Below the pieces are notes generated by a model that was given only the letters and a program-made list of their open reading frames with translations, did not search any database and was not told where the DNA came from. DNA of 11,914 bases from Planctomycetales bacterium (GTDB taxonomy: Bacteria; 4484-113). Positions 5,533 through 11,914 of the stretch are shown here, one piece after another. Position numbers and translations under genes: made by a program. Location of the stretch: contig JBBIJQ010000054.1 of the NCBI GenBank assembly GCA_037445915.1, positions 1 through 11,914 of the forward strand. The letters are read 5' to 3'. Position 1 is the first letter of the stretch. Every line of letters starts with the position of its first letter.

Positions 5533-6069
5533 CTACCAGTTAGCCAGCTCGCTGATGTATTGAGCAGCGACCCGCGCATACTTCTCCGCCCAACGCCGCA
5601 GGTCTTTGCTTTCCTCAGCTGTGAGAGTTCGCTTAACGACTGCTGGAGAGCCTGCGACCAAGCTTCGCGGCGGAACTTCTACGCCTTCACGCACGAGGGC
5701 TCCGGCGGCAACGATGCTGCCTTCACCGATAACAGCCCCATTCAAAATTACAGCCCCCATGCCTATTAAGCACCCGTCCTGCACCGCGCATGCGTGGAGA
5801 ATTGCGCCGTGCCCCGCTGTAACATATGCGCCGACAACGCATGCGCGCGCGTCCTCTACATGCAAGATACAGCCGTCTTGGATATTAGAGTAATCGCCGA
5901 CGGAAACAAAATTGATGTCGCCGCGTAATACAGCGTTAAACCATACAGAGCTGTGTTCGCCGAGCCGCACGTCCGCTACCAAGCAAGCTGAAGGCGCGAC
6001 GAACGCGCTCGCGGGAACGGATGGCTTTCGTTCGCCGAGGGCCATAATCAAAGGTGTGTTAGCTTCCAT
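5533..6069 (-). CDS. Gamma-class carbonic anhydrase family (YrdA/CaiE/PaaY-like) left-handed beta-helix protein
   Basis: Hexapeptide repeats, VWFNAVLRGD, SNIQDGCILH and GHGAILHAC (three metal-binding His), IGMGAVIL, and a C-terminal helix. Confidence 0.92.
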   Translation of the reverse strand: MEANTPLIMALGERKPSVPASAFVAPSACLVADVRLGEHSSVWFNAVLRGDINFVSVGDYSNIQDGCILHVEDARACVVGAYVTAGHGAILHACAVQDGCLIGMGAVILNGAVIGEGSIVAAGALVREGVEVPPRSLVAGSPAVVKRTLTAEESKDLRRWAEKYARVAAQYISELANW

Positions 6070-6077
6070 CGCAACAG

Positions 6078-6086
6078 ATTATATCA
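6078..6086 (-). promoter_or_regulatory. Extended -10 promoter for the gamma-CA gene (probably leaderless)
   Basis: Perfect TGnTATAAT (TGATATAAT) 8 nt upstream of ATG 6069, with no Shine-Dalgarno. Confidence 0.65.
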
Positions 6087-6107
6087 GCGCGCAGCGCGCC
6101 ACTTATG

Positions 6108-6113
6108 TATAAT
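6108..6113 (+). promoter_or_regulatory. -10 element for the ruvX operon (probably leaderless)
   Basis: Perfect TATAAT 6 nt before the in-frame GTG at 6120, with no Shine-Dalgarno. Confidence 0.6.
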
Positions 6114-6119
6114 CATCAT

Positions 6120-6539
6120 GTGAGTTTTCTATGCTTGGATCCTGGTGAGAAGCGCGTGGGCGTCGCCATAGCCGAACCACCCCTCTTTGTCGCAGTCGCG
6201 GTGGAGACTCTCCACGCCGCTCCCCGCGAAGATTTGCTGAACAGATTGCGCTCGCTTGCGGACGAGCGCGGCGTTAAGGGGCTTGTCGTTGGGCTGCCCT
6301 TGCAAACCAACGGCCGCGAAGGCGCGTCGGCGGAGGCTGCGCGCGAGCTTGGCGATGATGTAGCCCAGGCGCTTGCGCTGCCTGTGGAGTACCAGGACGA
6401 GCGCATGACCTCCAACGAAGCTGCGCGCGCGCTGGCTGCGGGCGGCGCCCGCAGCAATGCGCGCAAGTCACGGCGCGACGCGGTGTCGGCAGTGCTTATA
6501 CTTGAATCTTATCTCCGCCGCACTGGGAGGGCGGGATGA
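6120..6539 (+). CDS. ruvX: YqgF/RuvX family RNase H-fold nuclease (pre-16S rRNA maturation / putative resolvase)
   Basis: LDPGEKRVGVA, VVGLPL, DERMTS and DAVSAVLILESYL motifs. Start moved from ATG 6105 to GTG 6120 because the family usually starts a few residues before the first catalytic Asp and the extra codons contain the TATAAT. Confidence 0.92.
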   Translation: MSFLCLDPGEKRVGVAIAEPPLFVAVAVETLHAAPREDLLNRLRSLADERGVKGLVVGLPLQTNGREGASAEAARELGDDVAQALALPVEYQDERMTSNEAARALAAGGARSNARKSRRDAVSAVLILESYLRRTGRAG

Positions 6540-7060
6540 GTCGCTTCAAGTCGCGCTGGCTGCGCCCTGACTATGTGTTCACTTGCGCAACGGGGATTAC
6601 CCCCGAGTTCCTTTCCCGTGAGGGAATTTCCGGCGTCATTCTTGACTTAGACAACACCCTTACGCGCTGGGAGGATGCGAATGTTGCGCCGGGTATTGCC
6701 GAATGGGTGCAAGCGCTTAAGGATGCGGGCATTGTACTCGTTATTCTCAGCAACGGAGTTCGTAACAAACAAGTTAGTGTCTCCAAAAGCCTTGATATCC
6801 CGCTCATTACTAGCATAATGCCCAAGCCCCTAGCAGGCGGGTTCCGCCGCGCGCTGCATTTGCTTGAGTTGCCCTGCGAGAAAGTTGCGATGGTGGGCGA
6901 TATCATTTTTACCGACATTCTTGGAGCAAACAGGCTTGGGATAAAGACGATACTTACAGACCCGCTTTCCCGCATAGACTTTCCAGGAACTAAGGTCTGG
7001 AGGCTGTTGGAGGTTGTCTTCCGCCTGCGCCGCCCATACCGAGGAGACGCTTCCCAATGA
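6536..7060 (+). CDS. yqeG: YqeG-family HAD IIIA phosphatase
   Basis: ILDLDNTL (motif I), ILSN (II), KP (III), MVGDIIFTDILGANRLG (IV), and N-terminal LRPDY. ATGA overlap with the ruvX stop. Confidence 0.9.
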   Translation: MSRFKSRWLRPDYVFTCATGITPEFLSREGISGVILDLDNTLTRWEDANVAPGIAEWVQALKDAGIVLVILSNGVRNKQVSVSKSLDIPLITSIMPKPLAGGFRRALHLLELPCEKVAMVGDIIFTDILGANRLGIKTILTDPLSRIDFPGTKVWRLLEVVFRLRRPYRGDASQ

Positions 7061-8400
7061 GCTTTCAAGAGCGCCCGTATCTAACACGAATGTCGCAGTT
7101 CGCATGGCTGTCTTCATTTTGGTTCGCGATACATTTCATTTGGGCGACGCTGCTAACGGTTGTCATTCCCGCGCGCATGGAAGATCTGGTGCCGCTTGCA
7201 GAGCTTGGCACGCGGCAAGGGATCTTGTTTGGACTCGGCGCGGCGGTGTCCGCTGTGCTCCAGCTCACTATCGGCTTCATCAGCGATTCAACAGATAGCC
7301 GATTCGGAAGCCGCAAGCCCTACATTGCTGTGGGCGTTGCCGTATCAGTCGGCGCGCTTCTCTATCTCAGTGGCGCAACAAGTTACTGGAACCTGGTTTT
7401 CGCGTATATCCTGGTGCAGATATTCCTGAACATCGCAAGCGTCCCTTACCAAAGTATGATGCCCGATCTCGTCCCTGAGAAGTACCACGGGCGCGCCGCA
7501 GCTATGATGGGCATCTTTGACTTGTCGGGGAAACTAAGCGGGCTCGTTCTCAGCGCGCTGGTCGTAGGCGGGATCTTCTTTAGCAAGACATCCGATGGCA
7601 AGCCGGATTATGCCGTGCTGGCCGCGCTGTATGGCCTGCTGCTTATCTCGCTTGGGATTGCTGTTTTAGCTAAGTCCCCGAGCTATCCTGTAACGCGCGC
7701 AGTGCGCTGGCTGCGTATCCGCTTTGGCGATAACAGCAACAACTTTCGCCGGATATTTTCCGAGTTCTTGCGCTTTGAGTTCAGGAAGAGCCCTGACTTC
7801 CTTAAGCTCGCGCTTTCAAGGACTTTCATCCTTTTCGGCTACTACACTTTCATCTTCTTCATCTACCGCTTCGCGAAAACGAATTTAGGCGTGGGCGATG
7901 ACCGCGAAATGGCTGTTGTCCTGCTCTCGGCAATAATCATCGGCGCAGTTGCGGGCAACATCGCTGGCGGCTATTTCAGCGATAGGATTGGCAAGCGCCG
8001 CGTCATCTACATCGGGATGGCGGTTAGCATTGCATTATTGATTCCGCTTATCTTCGCAACCAACATCTACCAGGCGATTTACTACGGAGTCGCGATGGGT
8101 GTGGGATGGGGCGCGTTCATCGCCGCAGACTGGGCATTCGCCTTCGCGCTCATCCCAAAAGAGCGCACGGCGCGCTATATGGGATTGTGGGATCTGACCG
8201 CGCTGGCGCCGCAGATGGTCGCGCCGCTTCTCGCAGGTATTGCGCGTGACAGGCTCCTTACGGTGCTTCCTGGCACGCCGATGGCTGCCGAAGCGGAAGC
8301 ATTCCGTATAGTGTTCTCATTCGCGATCATTTACTTCATCCTCGGACTAATTGTGCTTGGTTTCGTCCGCGAGCCGAAAATAGGGGAGGGCAGGCATTGA
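7057..8400 (+). CDS. Major facilitator superfamily transporter (possibly GPH/SLC45-like sugar type)
   Basis: About 12 hydrophobic segments in two halves. GFISDSTDSRFGSRKPY and GYFSDRIGKRRV motif-A loops, plus MPDLVPE..GRA. ATGA overlap with yqeG. Confidence 0.9.
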   Translation: MSFQERPYLTRMSQFAWLSSFWFAIHFIWATLLTVVIPARMEDLVPLAELGTRQGILFGLGAAVSAVLQLTIGFISDSTDSRFGSRKPYIAVGVAVSVGALLYLSGATSYWNLVFAYILVQIFLNIASVPYQSMMPDLVPEKYHGRAAAMMGIFDLSGKLSGLVLSALVVGGIFFSKTSDGKPDYAVLAALYGLLLISLGIAVLAKSPSYPVTRAVRWLRIRFGDNSNNFRRIFSEFLRFEFRKSPDFLKLALSRTFILFGYYTFIFFIYRFAKTNLGVGDDREMAVVLLSAIIIGAVAGNIAGGYFSDRIGKRRVIYIGMAVSIALLIPLIFATNIYQAIYYGVAMGVGWGAFIAADWAFAFALIPKERTARYMGLWDLTALAPQMVAPLLAGIARDRLLTVLPGTPMAAEAEAFRIVFSFAIIYFILGLIVLGFVREPKIGEGRH

Positions 8401-8891
8401 AGGCTTCTCGTATCGTGCCGGCTGCGGCTCTTGCCGCCGTCGCATTGCTGCTGCTTGGAATGTATCTGCCCGGCTACTTGCGCTACCGCAGTCTTCGCGC
8501 CGACCTTGGCCGCTTCATTGAGCTTATCAAGAAAGGAGATCCCATCGCTGCCGCAGCCTACGTTGACGACGTGGACTACGATGCCTTGGTTGGGCTTATA
8601 GACGCCTATGTCCCCCGTGATTACTTTCAAGACTTGGCAGCCTTGAACGTGAGTTCAGTAGAACGCCAGGGGAAGGAATATGCTGTAAAGCTGGTCGTTC
8701 GCTTCACCGGTAAGAGCTATAGCGGGGTCGGCCAAGCGAAGCTGCGTTGGCATCATACTCCGAAAGGCTGGCGGTTCGCGTTGCGAACGGCTGAAGTTGC
8801 GGAAGGCTACCCCGAAGGCGACTTCACAAGCTTGCAGAGTTTTCTTGGGGGCTCAGACTTGTTTCGTTCAAGCAGCCCAGGCGGCTACTAA
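8397..8891 (+). CDS. Hypothetical membrane-anchored/exported protein, possibly NTF2-like fold
   Basis: TTGA overlap with the MFS stop and GGGGAGG upstream. Basic N-terminus and hydrophobic helix, then helices followed by beta strands ending ...TPKGWRF. Confidence 0.7.
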   Translation: MKASRIVPAAALAAVALLLLGMYLPGYLRYRSLRADLGRFIELIKKGDPIAAAAYVDDVDYDALVGLIDAYVPRDYFQDLAALNVSSVERQGKEYAVKLVVRFTGKSYSGVGQAKLRWHHTPKGWRFALRTAEVAEGYPEGDFTSLQSFLGGSDLFRSSSPGGY

Positions 8892-9931
8892 CGGACCTTT
8901 ACCCGTATCATCCAGTTCACCTTATCCTGGTACACTGGCAACGGCCAATCAAGGAAAGCCCCTACGGTTCCATAGAAGTTCGGGTGCTTCCCGCCTTCAG
9001 TGTCAAAACCAAGGAAAAGCGAAGCCGCAGGGCGCGATACCGGCTCAACCAGGATGTAGAAATCGCCGGGCAGGTCAGTATTGGGAAAGTCAATGTTCGC
9101 CCAATGCGGAAGCTCAGTCAGGATGGTGTAGTCGCGGCGAACAGAGGTAATCACCCGCAAGTCGCGGTCCAGCAAGAATACGCGGAATGTGGGCTTGCCG
9201 GCAAACCAATCGCCCTCAACCTTGCCGTAGATGAAAACATCATCAAGCGTCTTATAACCTTGGCTCTTGAAGCCGACAATCGCGCCGCCTCGCTGGAAAG
9301 TGTAGTAGCCGTCGCAAGTTCCATCGTCATAATGCAGGTAGTTGATGCCGGATATCTCGTCGGCGTCAATGAATACCAACGGTTCCAGCTTGTTGCGCAC
9401 ATGCGCGCGAATCATCCAGTCAAACTTGCCCTCAACGAGCTTGAAGCCTGCGCTCGGGTTGCCCTGGAAGCTGTGGAATGTGGTGGACTTTTCGGTATAG
9501 CCTATTTCAACGCCGAAATCGGCGCGGGCATACGGGTATACCACGACTGAGAACAAGCCGCTCACTTTCAGGGTTGGTAGGTCAACTGTCACCCACCCGG
9601 CGTCTAGTCCAAAGTTGGAGTAAGGCACAAGCTTCTGCGCAAGTACCTTGCCGTCCTTGTCCGTCACGGCTACGTTGGTGTATGACTTGGCAGGGTCTGA
9701 ACCCCCGCCATACCTCCGCGCGTAAACGGAAACACCCGTGATGTAAGTGGCATCCCACGCCTTGACCGGCTGGAAGTCTACGCGCGCAGCTTCAGCGTAT
9801 AGCTGGGAGTAAGCAGTGGCTGTTCCGCTGTCGTGTCTTAACGCGCGCTCCTGAAACGTATCCTCGGCCACAGCGGAGGACAGAAGCGTTAAGACGGCAA
9901 AAACAATGATTGCGAAGTATGTATGCCGCAT
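8888..9931 (-). CDS. Secreted hypothetical protein with two tandem ~150-aa homologous domains
   Basis: GGGAGG 5 nt before ATG 9931, signal peptide ending AVA, and internal repeats LRHDSGT...DWMIRAHV and LHYDDGT...NWMIRVKV. Confidence 0.85.
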   Translation of the reverse strand: MRHTYFAIIVFAVLTLLSSAVAEDTFQERALRHDSGTATAYSQLYAEAARVDFQPVKAWDATYITGVSVYARRYGGGSDPAKSYTNVAVTDKDGKVLAQKLVPYSNFGLDAGWVTVDLPTLKVSGLFSVVVYPYARADFGVEIGYTEKSTTFHSFQGNPSAGFKLVEGKFDWMIRAHVRNKLEPLVFIDADEISGINYLHYDDGTCDGYYTFQRGGAIVGFKSQGYKTLDDVFIYGKVEGDWFAGKPTFRVFLLDRDLRVITSVRRDYTILTELPHWANIDFPNTDLPGDFYILVEPVSRPAASLFLGFDTEGGKHPNFYGTVGAFLDWPLPVYQDKVNWMIRVKVR

Positions 9932-9952
9932 ATATTCCTCCCTAATGCAGTG

Positions 9953-9981
9953 ATTATAGCTAAGCCTATGGCGCTAAGCAA
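9953..9981 (-). promoter_or_regulatory. Sigma70-type promoter for 8888..9931
   Basis: TTGCTT (9981-9976), 17 nt spacer, TATAAT (9958-9953), then RBS GGGAGG at 9942-9937. Confidence 0.7.
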
Positions 9982-9984
9982 CAG

Positions 9985-10782
9985 CTAGTTCCCATACAGG
10001 TTCTTCATCATCTCATAGTCGGAGAGCTTGTCCAAATCTATCGCGACCTCCGGGTGCTTGAATGGGAGCATCCTTAGCTTCGCATTGAACCGCAGCGAGA
10101 AGTTGCTTTCAAGGTCGGGGATGGAAATTGTGCCTGCGATAAAACGAAGTACAAGGCTCAATCCGAATATTGAAGCTAACCCCATCGGGCTCTTGCGGTT
10201 TTGGTATGCTTTTTCCAGCAACGCCTTGTTTTCCCAAATGAGGCGCGGCTTAGCAAGGAAGATATTGCCGCCAGTGAACGTGCCCTGCTTTGTGGGGATG
10301 TAAGTGCGCTTCGTGTCAGGAAAGCTCTTCAGGATAATGCTCTTCTCAACGACCGGCCAAACCCCGTCTGCGCCTAGCGCACCCGCTTCGTTCACTAAGT
10401 CGGTAAGCTGCGGCGCGCTGATCAGCGGGACATCAACATTCACCATCAGCACGCATTCTTCCTGGAAATCGCCGTCCGAGTCCGCGCTTAGCACTTGTAG
10501 CCCTTCTACTATGGCGTCTAGCAGCCCGCCTTCGCACAAGTAGCTGGATACCCGTTCGCCATACGCAGGGAGAAGTTCAGCGCCTTCCGCGTTTGCCCCT
10601 AGATTCACTGCGATGCGCGGAGAATCCATCGCGGTATTGAGGGTGTCTAGCATTCGCTCCAAAAGAGTCTTGCCCCCAAGCTTGATTAGGCAGCATTTGG
10701 TTGCGCCGGAGGCGGCTTTCAGGTCGTCGGGCATTCCTCCGCCAGCCAGCAAGAGCACCTTGTATGTGTTTTCAGCGTCCAT
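9985..10782 (-). CDS. MobA-like/NTP transferase family nucleotidyltransferase, substrate unknown
   Basis: VLLLAGG, K-x-L-I-x-L-x-G-K-T-L-L-E, VNVDVPLI and AIDLDKLSD motifs of GT-A nucleotidyltransferases, with an additional KRTY...GTFTGGN segment. Confidence 0.8.
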   Translation of the reverse strand: MDAENTYKVLLLAGGGMPDDLKAASGATKCCLIKLGGKTLLERMLDTLNTAMDSPRIAVNLGANAEGAELLPAYGERVSSYLCEGGLLDAIVEGLQVLSADSDGDFQEECVLMVNVDVPLISAPQLTDLVNEAGALGADGVWPVVEKSIILKSFPDTKRTYIPTKQGTFTGGNIFLAKPRLIWENKALLEKAYQNRKSPMGLASIFGLSLVLRFIAGTISIPDLESNFSLRFNAKLRMLPFKHPEVAIDLDKLSDYEMMKNLYGN

Positions 10783-10791
10783 ACAAGACTC

Positions 10792-10797
10792 ATTATA
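10792..10797 (-). promoter_or_regulatory. Candidate internal -10 element between rho and the nucleotidyltransferase
   Basis: Perfect TATAAT in the 24-nt intergenic gap, 9 nt before ATG 10782, with no Shine-Dalgarno. Confidence 0.5.
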
Positions 10798-10806
10798 CCC
10801 AAAGCG

Positions 10807-11914
10807 TTATTCTGTTGCCTTGCGAACCTGGAACAGCAGCTCAACGTTGCTCTTGGTCTGCAGCAGCTTGGTGATGAGGCGGTTCAGCCGGTCTGCCTCA
10901 TCCATATCTGCGACCATCTTCCGCAAGCGCCAGACAACGTCCATTTCATCTGCGTTGTAGAGCAGCTCTTCGTGGCGGGTGCCGCTCTTCATAATGTCTA
11001 TTGCGGGGAAGATACGCTTGTCCGCCAGCTCTCGGGACAAGTGGAGTTCCATGTTGGCTGTGCCCTTGAACTCTTCAAAGATAATGTCATCAAGGCGCGA
11101 GCCGGTCTCAATCAGCGCGGTGGCGAGGATGGTGAGGGAGCCGCCGCCTTCAACATTGCGCGCCGCGCCGAGAAAGCTCTTTGGCTTGTAGAGCGAGTTG
11201 GGGTCAAGGCCGCCTGATAAAGTCTTGCCCGACGGGGGGCAGGTCAGGTTGTAAGCGCGAGCCATACGCGTCAACGAGTCAAGGAGGATGACTATATCGC
11301 GCCCCGACTCAACTTTCCGCTTGGCGTATTCAATGACCATCTCCGCAACTTGGATGTGGTGCTCAGGCTTTTCGTCAAAAGTTGAGGAAACAACCTCGCC
11401 CTGGATGGTGCGTTCAAAGTCGGTGACTTCCTCAGGGCGCTCATCAATAAGCACGGCGATTAGCTCAACATCAGGATGGTTCTTGGCGATTGAGTTGGCA
11501 ATCTTCTTGAGCATTATCGTCTTGCCGGCTTTAGGCTTGGCGACGATGATGCCGCGCGTTCCGAGCCCGACCGGCGCAAACAAGTCAATGAGCCTAGTGG
11601 ATGGGTCGCTCGCGTCGCTCTCAAGGAAAATCCGTTGGTCGGGGTAAACCGGTGTTAGCTCTTCAAACGAAGCCCGCTTGCGGTTCTCATCCGGAGGGCG
11701 GTCGTTCACCGCCTCAATCTTCACCATTGACGGGAAGCGCTCGCCTTCGCGTGGCGGGCGGACATAGCCGGAGATTCGGTCGCCTGTTCGCAAGCCGAAC
11801 TTCTTTATCTGGGACATTGAAATGTAGATGTCGTCTTTTCCCAACCGGAATGCACGCTGGCGGATGAAGCCGTAGTTGCTGTCAGCGACGACGTCTAGAA
11901 CGCCCTGCTGGAAG
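10807..11914 (-). CDS. rho: Transcription termination factor Rho (5' end outside the window)
   Basis: The frame is open to the edge: FQQGVLDVVADSNYGFIR...DDIYISMSQIKKFGLRTGD (RNA-binding domain). Also Walker A PKAGKT, IDERPEEVTD, SSTFDE, LLDSLTRMARAYN, LSGGLD, FEEFKGTANME and SGTRHEELL. Confidence 0.97.
   Translation of the reverse strand, partial: FQQGVLDVVADSNYGFIRQRAFRLGKDDIYISMSQIKKFGLRTGDRISGYVRPPREGERFPSMVKIEAVNDRPPDENRKRASFEELTPVYPDQRIFLESDASDPSTRLIDLFAPVGLGTRGIIVAKPKAGKTIMLKKIANSIAKNHPDVELIAVLIDERPEEVTDFERTIQGEVVSSTFDEKPEHHIQVAEMVIEYAKRKVESGRDIVILLDSLTRMARAYNLTCPPSGKTLSGGLDPNSLYKPKSFLGAARNVEGGGSLTILATALIETGSRLDDIIFEEFKGTANMELHLSRELADKRIFPAIDIMKSGTRHEELLYNADEMDVVWRLRKMVADMDEADRLNRLITKLLQTKSNVELLFQVRKATE

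Noticed and set aside
5509-5533. Small hairpins CTAAC-AG-GTTAG and GAAAGCGCTTTC at the gamma-CA stop
   Set aside because: The stems are short and lack a U-tract, too weak to call as a terminator or ncRNA.
5253-5543. 96-aa plus-strand ORF spanning the nrdJ upstream region
   Set aside because: TTG start without an RBS, no recognisable protein features, and it covers promoter and DnaA-box motifs.
11842-11844. TTG 11844 as the rho start
   Set aside because: The frame stays open to the window edge and encodes conserved Rho RNA-binding residues (GVLD...YGFIR) upstream, so the true start is outside the window.

Overview
GC-rich bacterial chromosomal window of mostly housekeeping genes. On the minus strand: a partial rho running off the right edge, a MobA-like nucleotidyltransferase, a secreted protein made of a tandemly duplicated unnamed domain, a gamma-carbonic-anhydrase-family gene, a class II (B12-dependent) ribonucleotide reductase nrdJ, and a tandem pair of paralogous surface lipoproteins (the second is cut by the left edge and is missing from the ORF track). 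On the plus strand: a translationally coupled ruvX-yqeG-MFS-hypothetical operon. The most notable items are: (1) a REP/REPIN-like palindromic DNA element read in frame inside the large lipoprotein gene; (2) a phased, head-to-head DnaA-box array lying between two sigma70-like promoters upstream of nrdJ; (3) a modular lipoprotein with a dockerin-like pair apparently inserted in an FnIII-like fold, two PKD domains and a lower-GC beta-propeller; (4) anomalous starts in both lipoprotein paralogs (a likely ATA start and a possible 1-nt frameshift); (5) several probably leaderless genes. All calls come from reading the sequence by eye; no searches were run.
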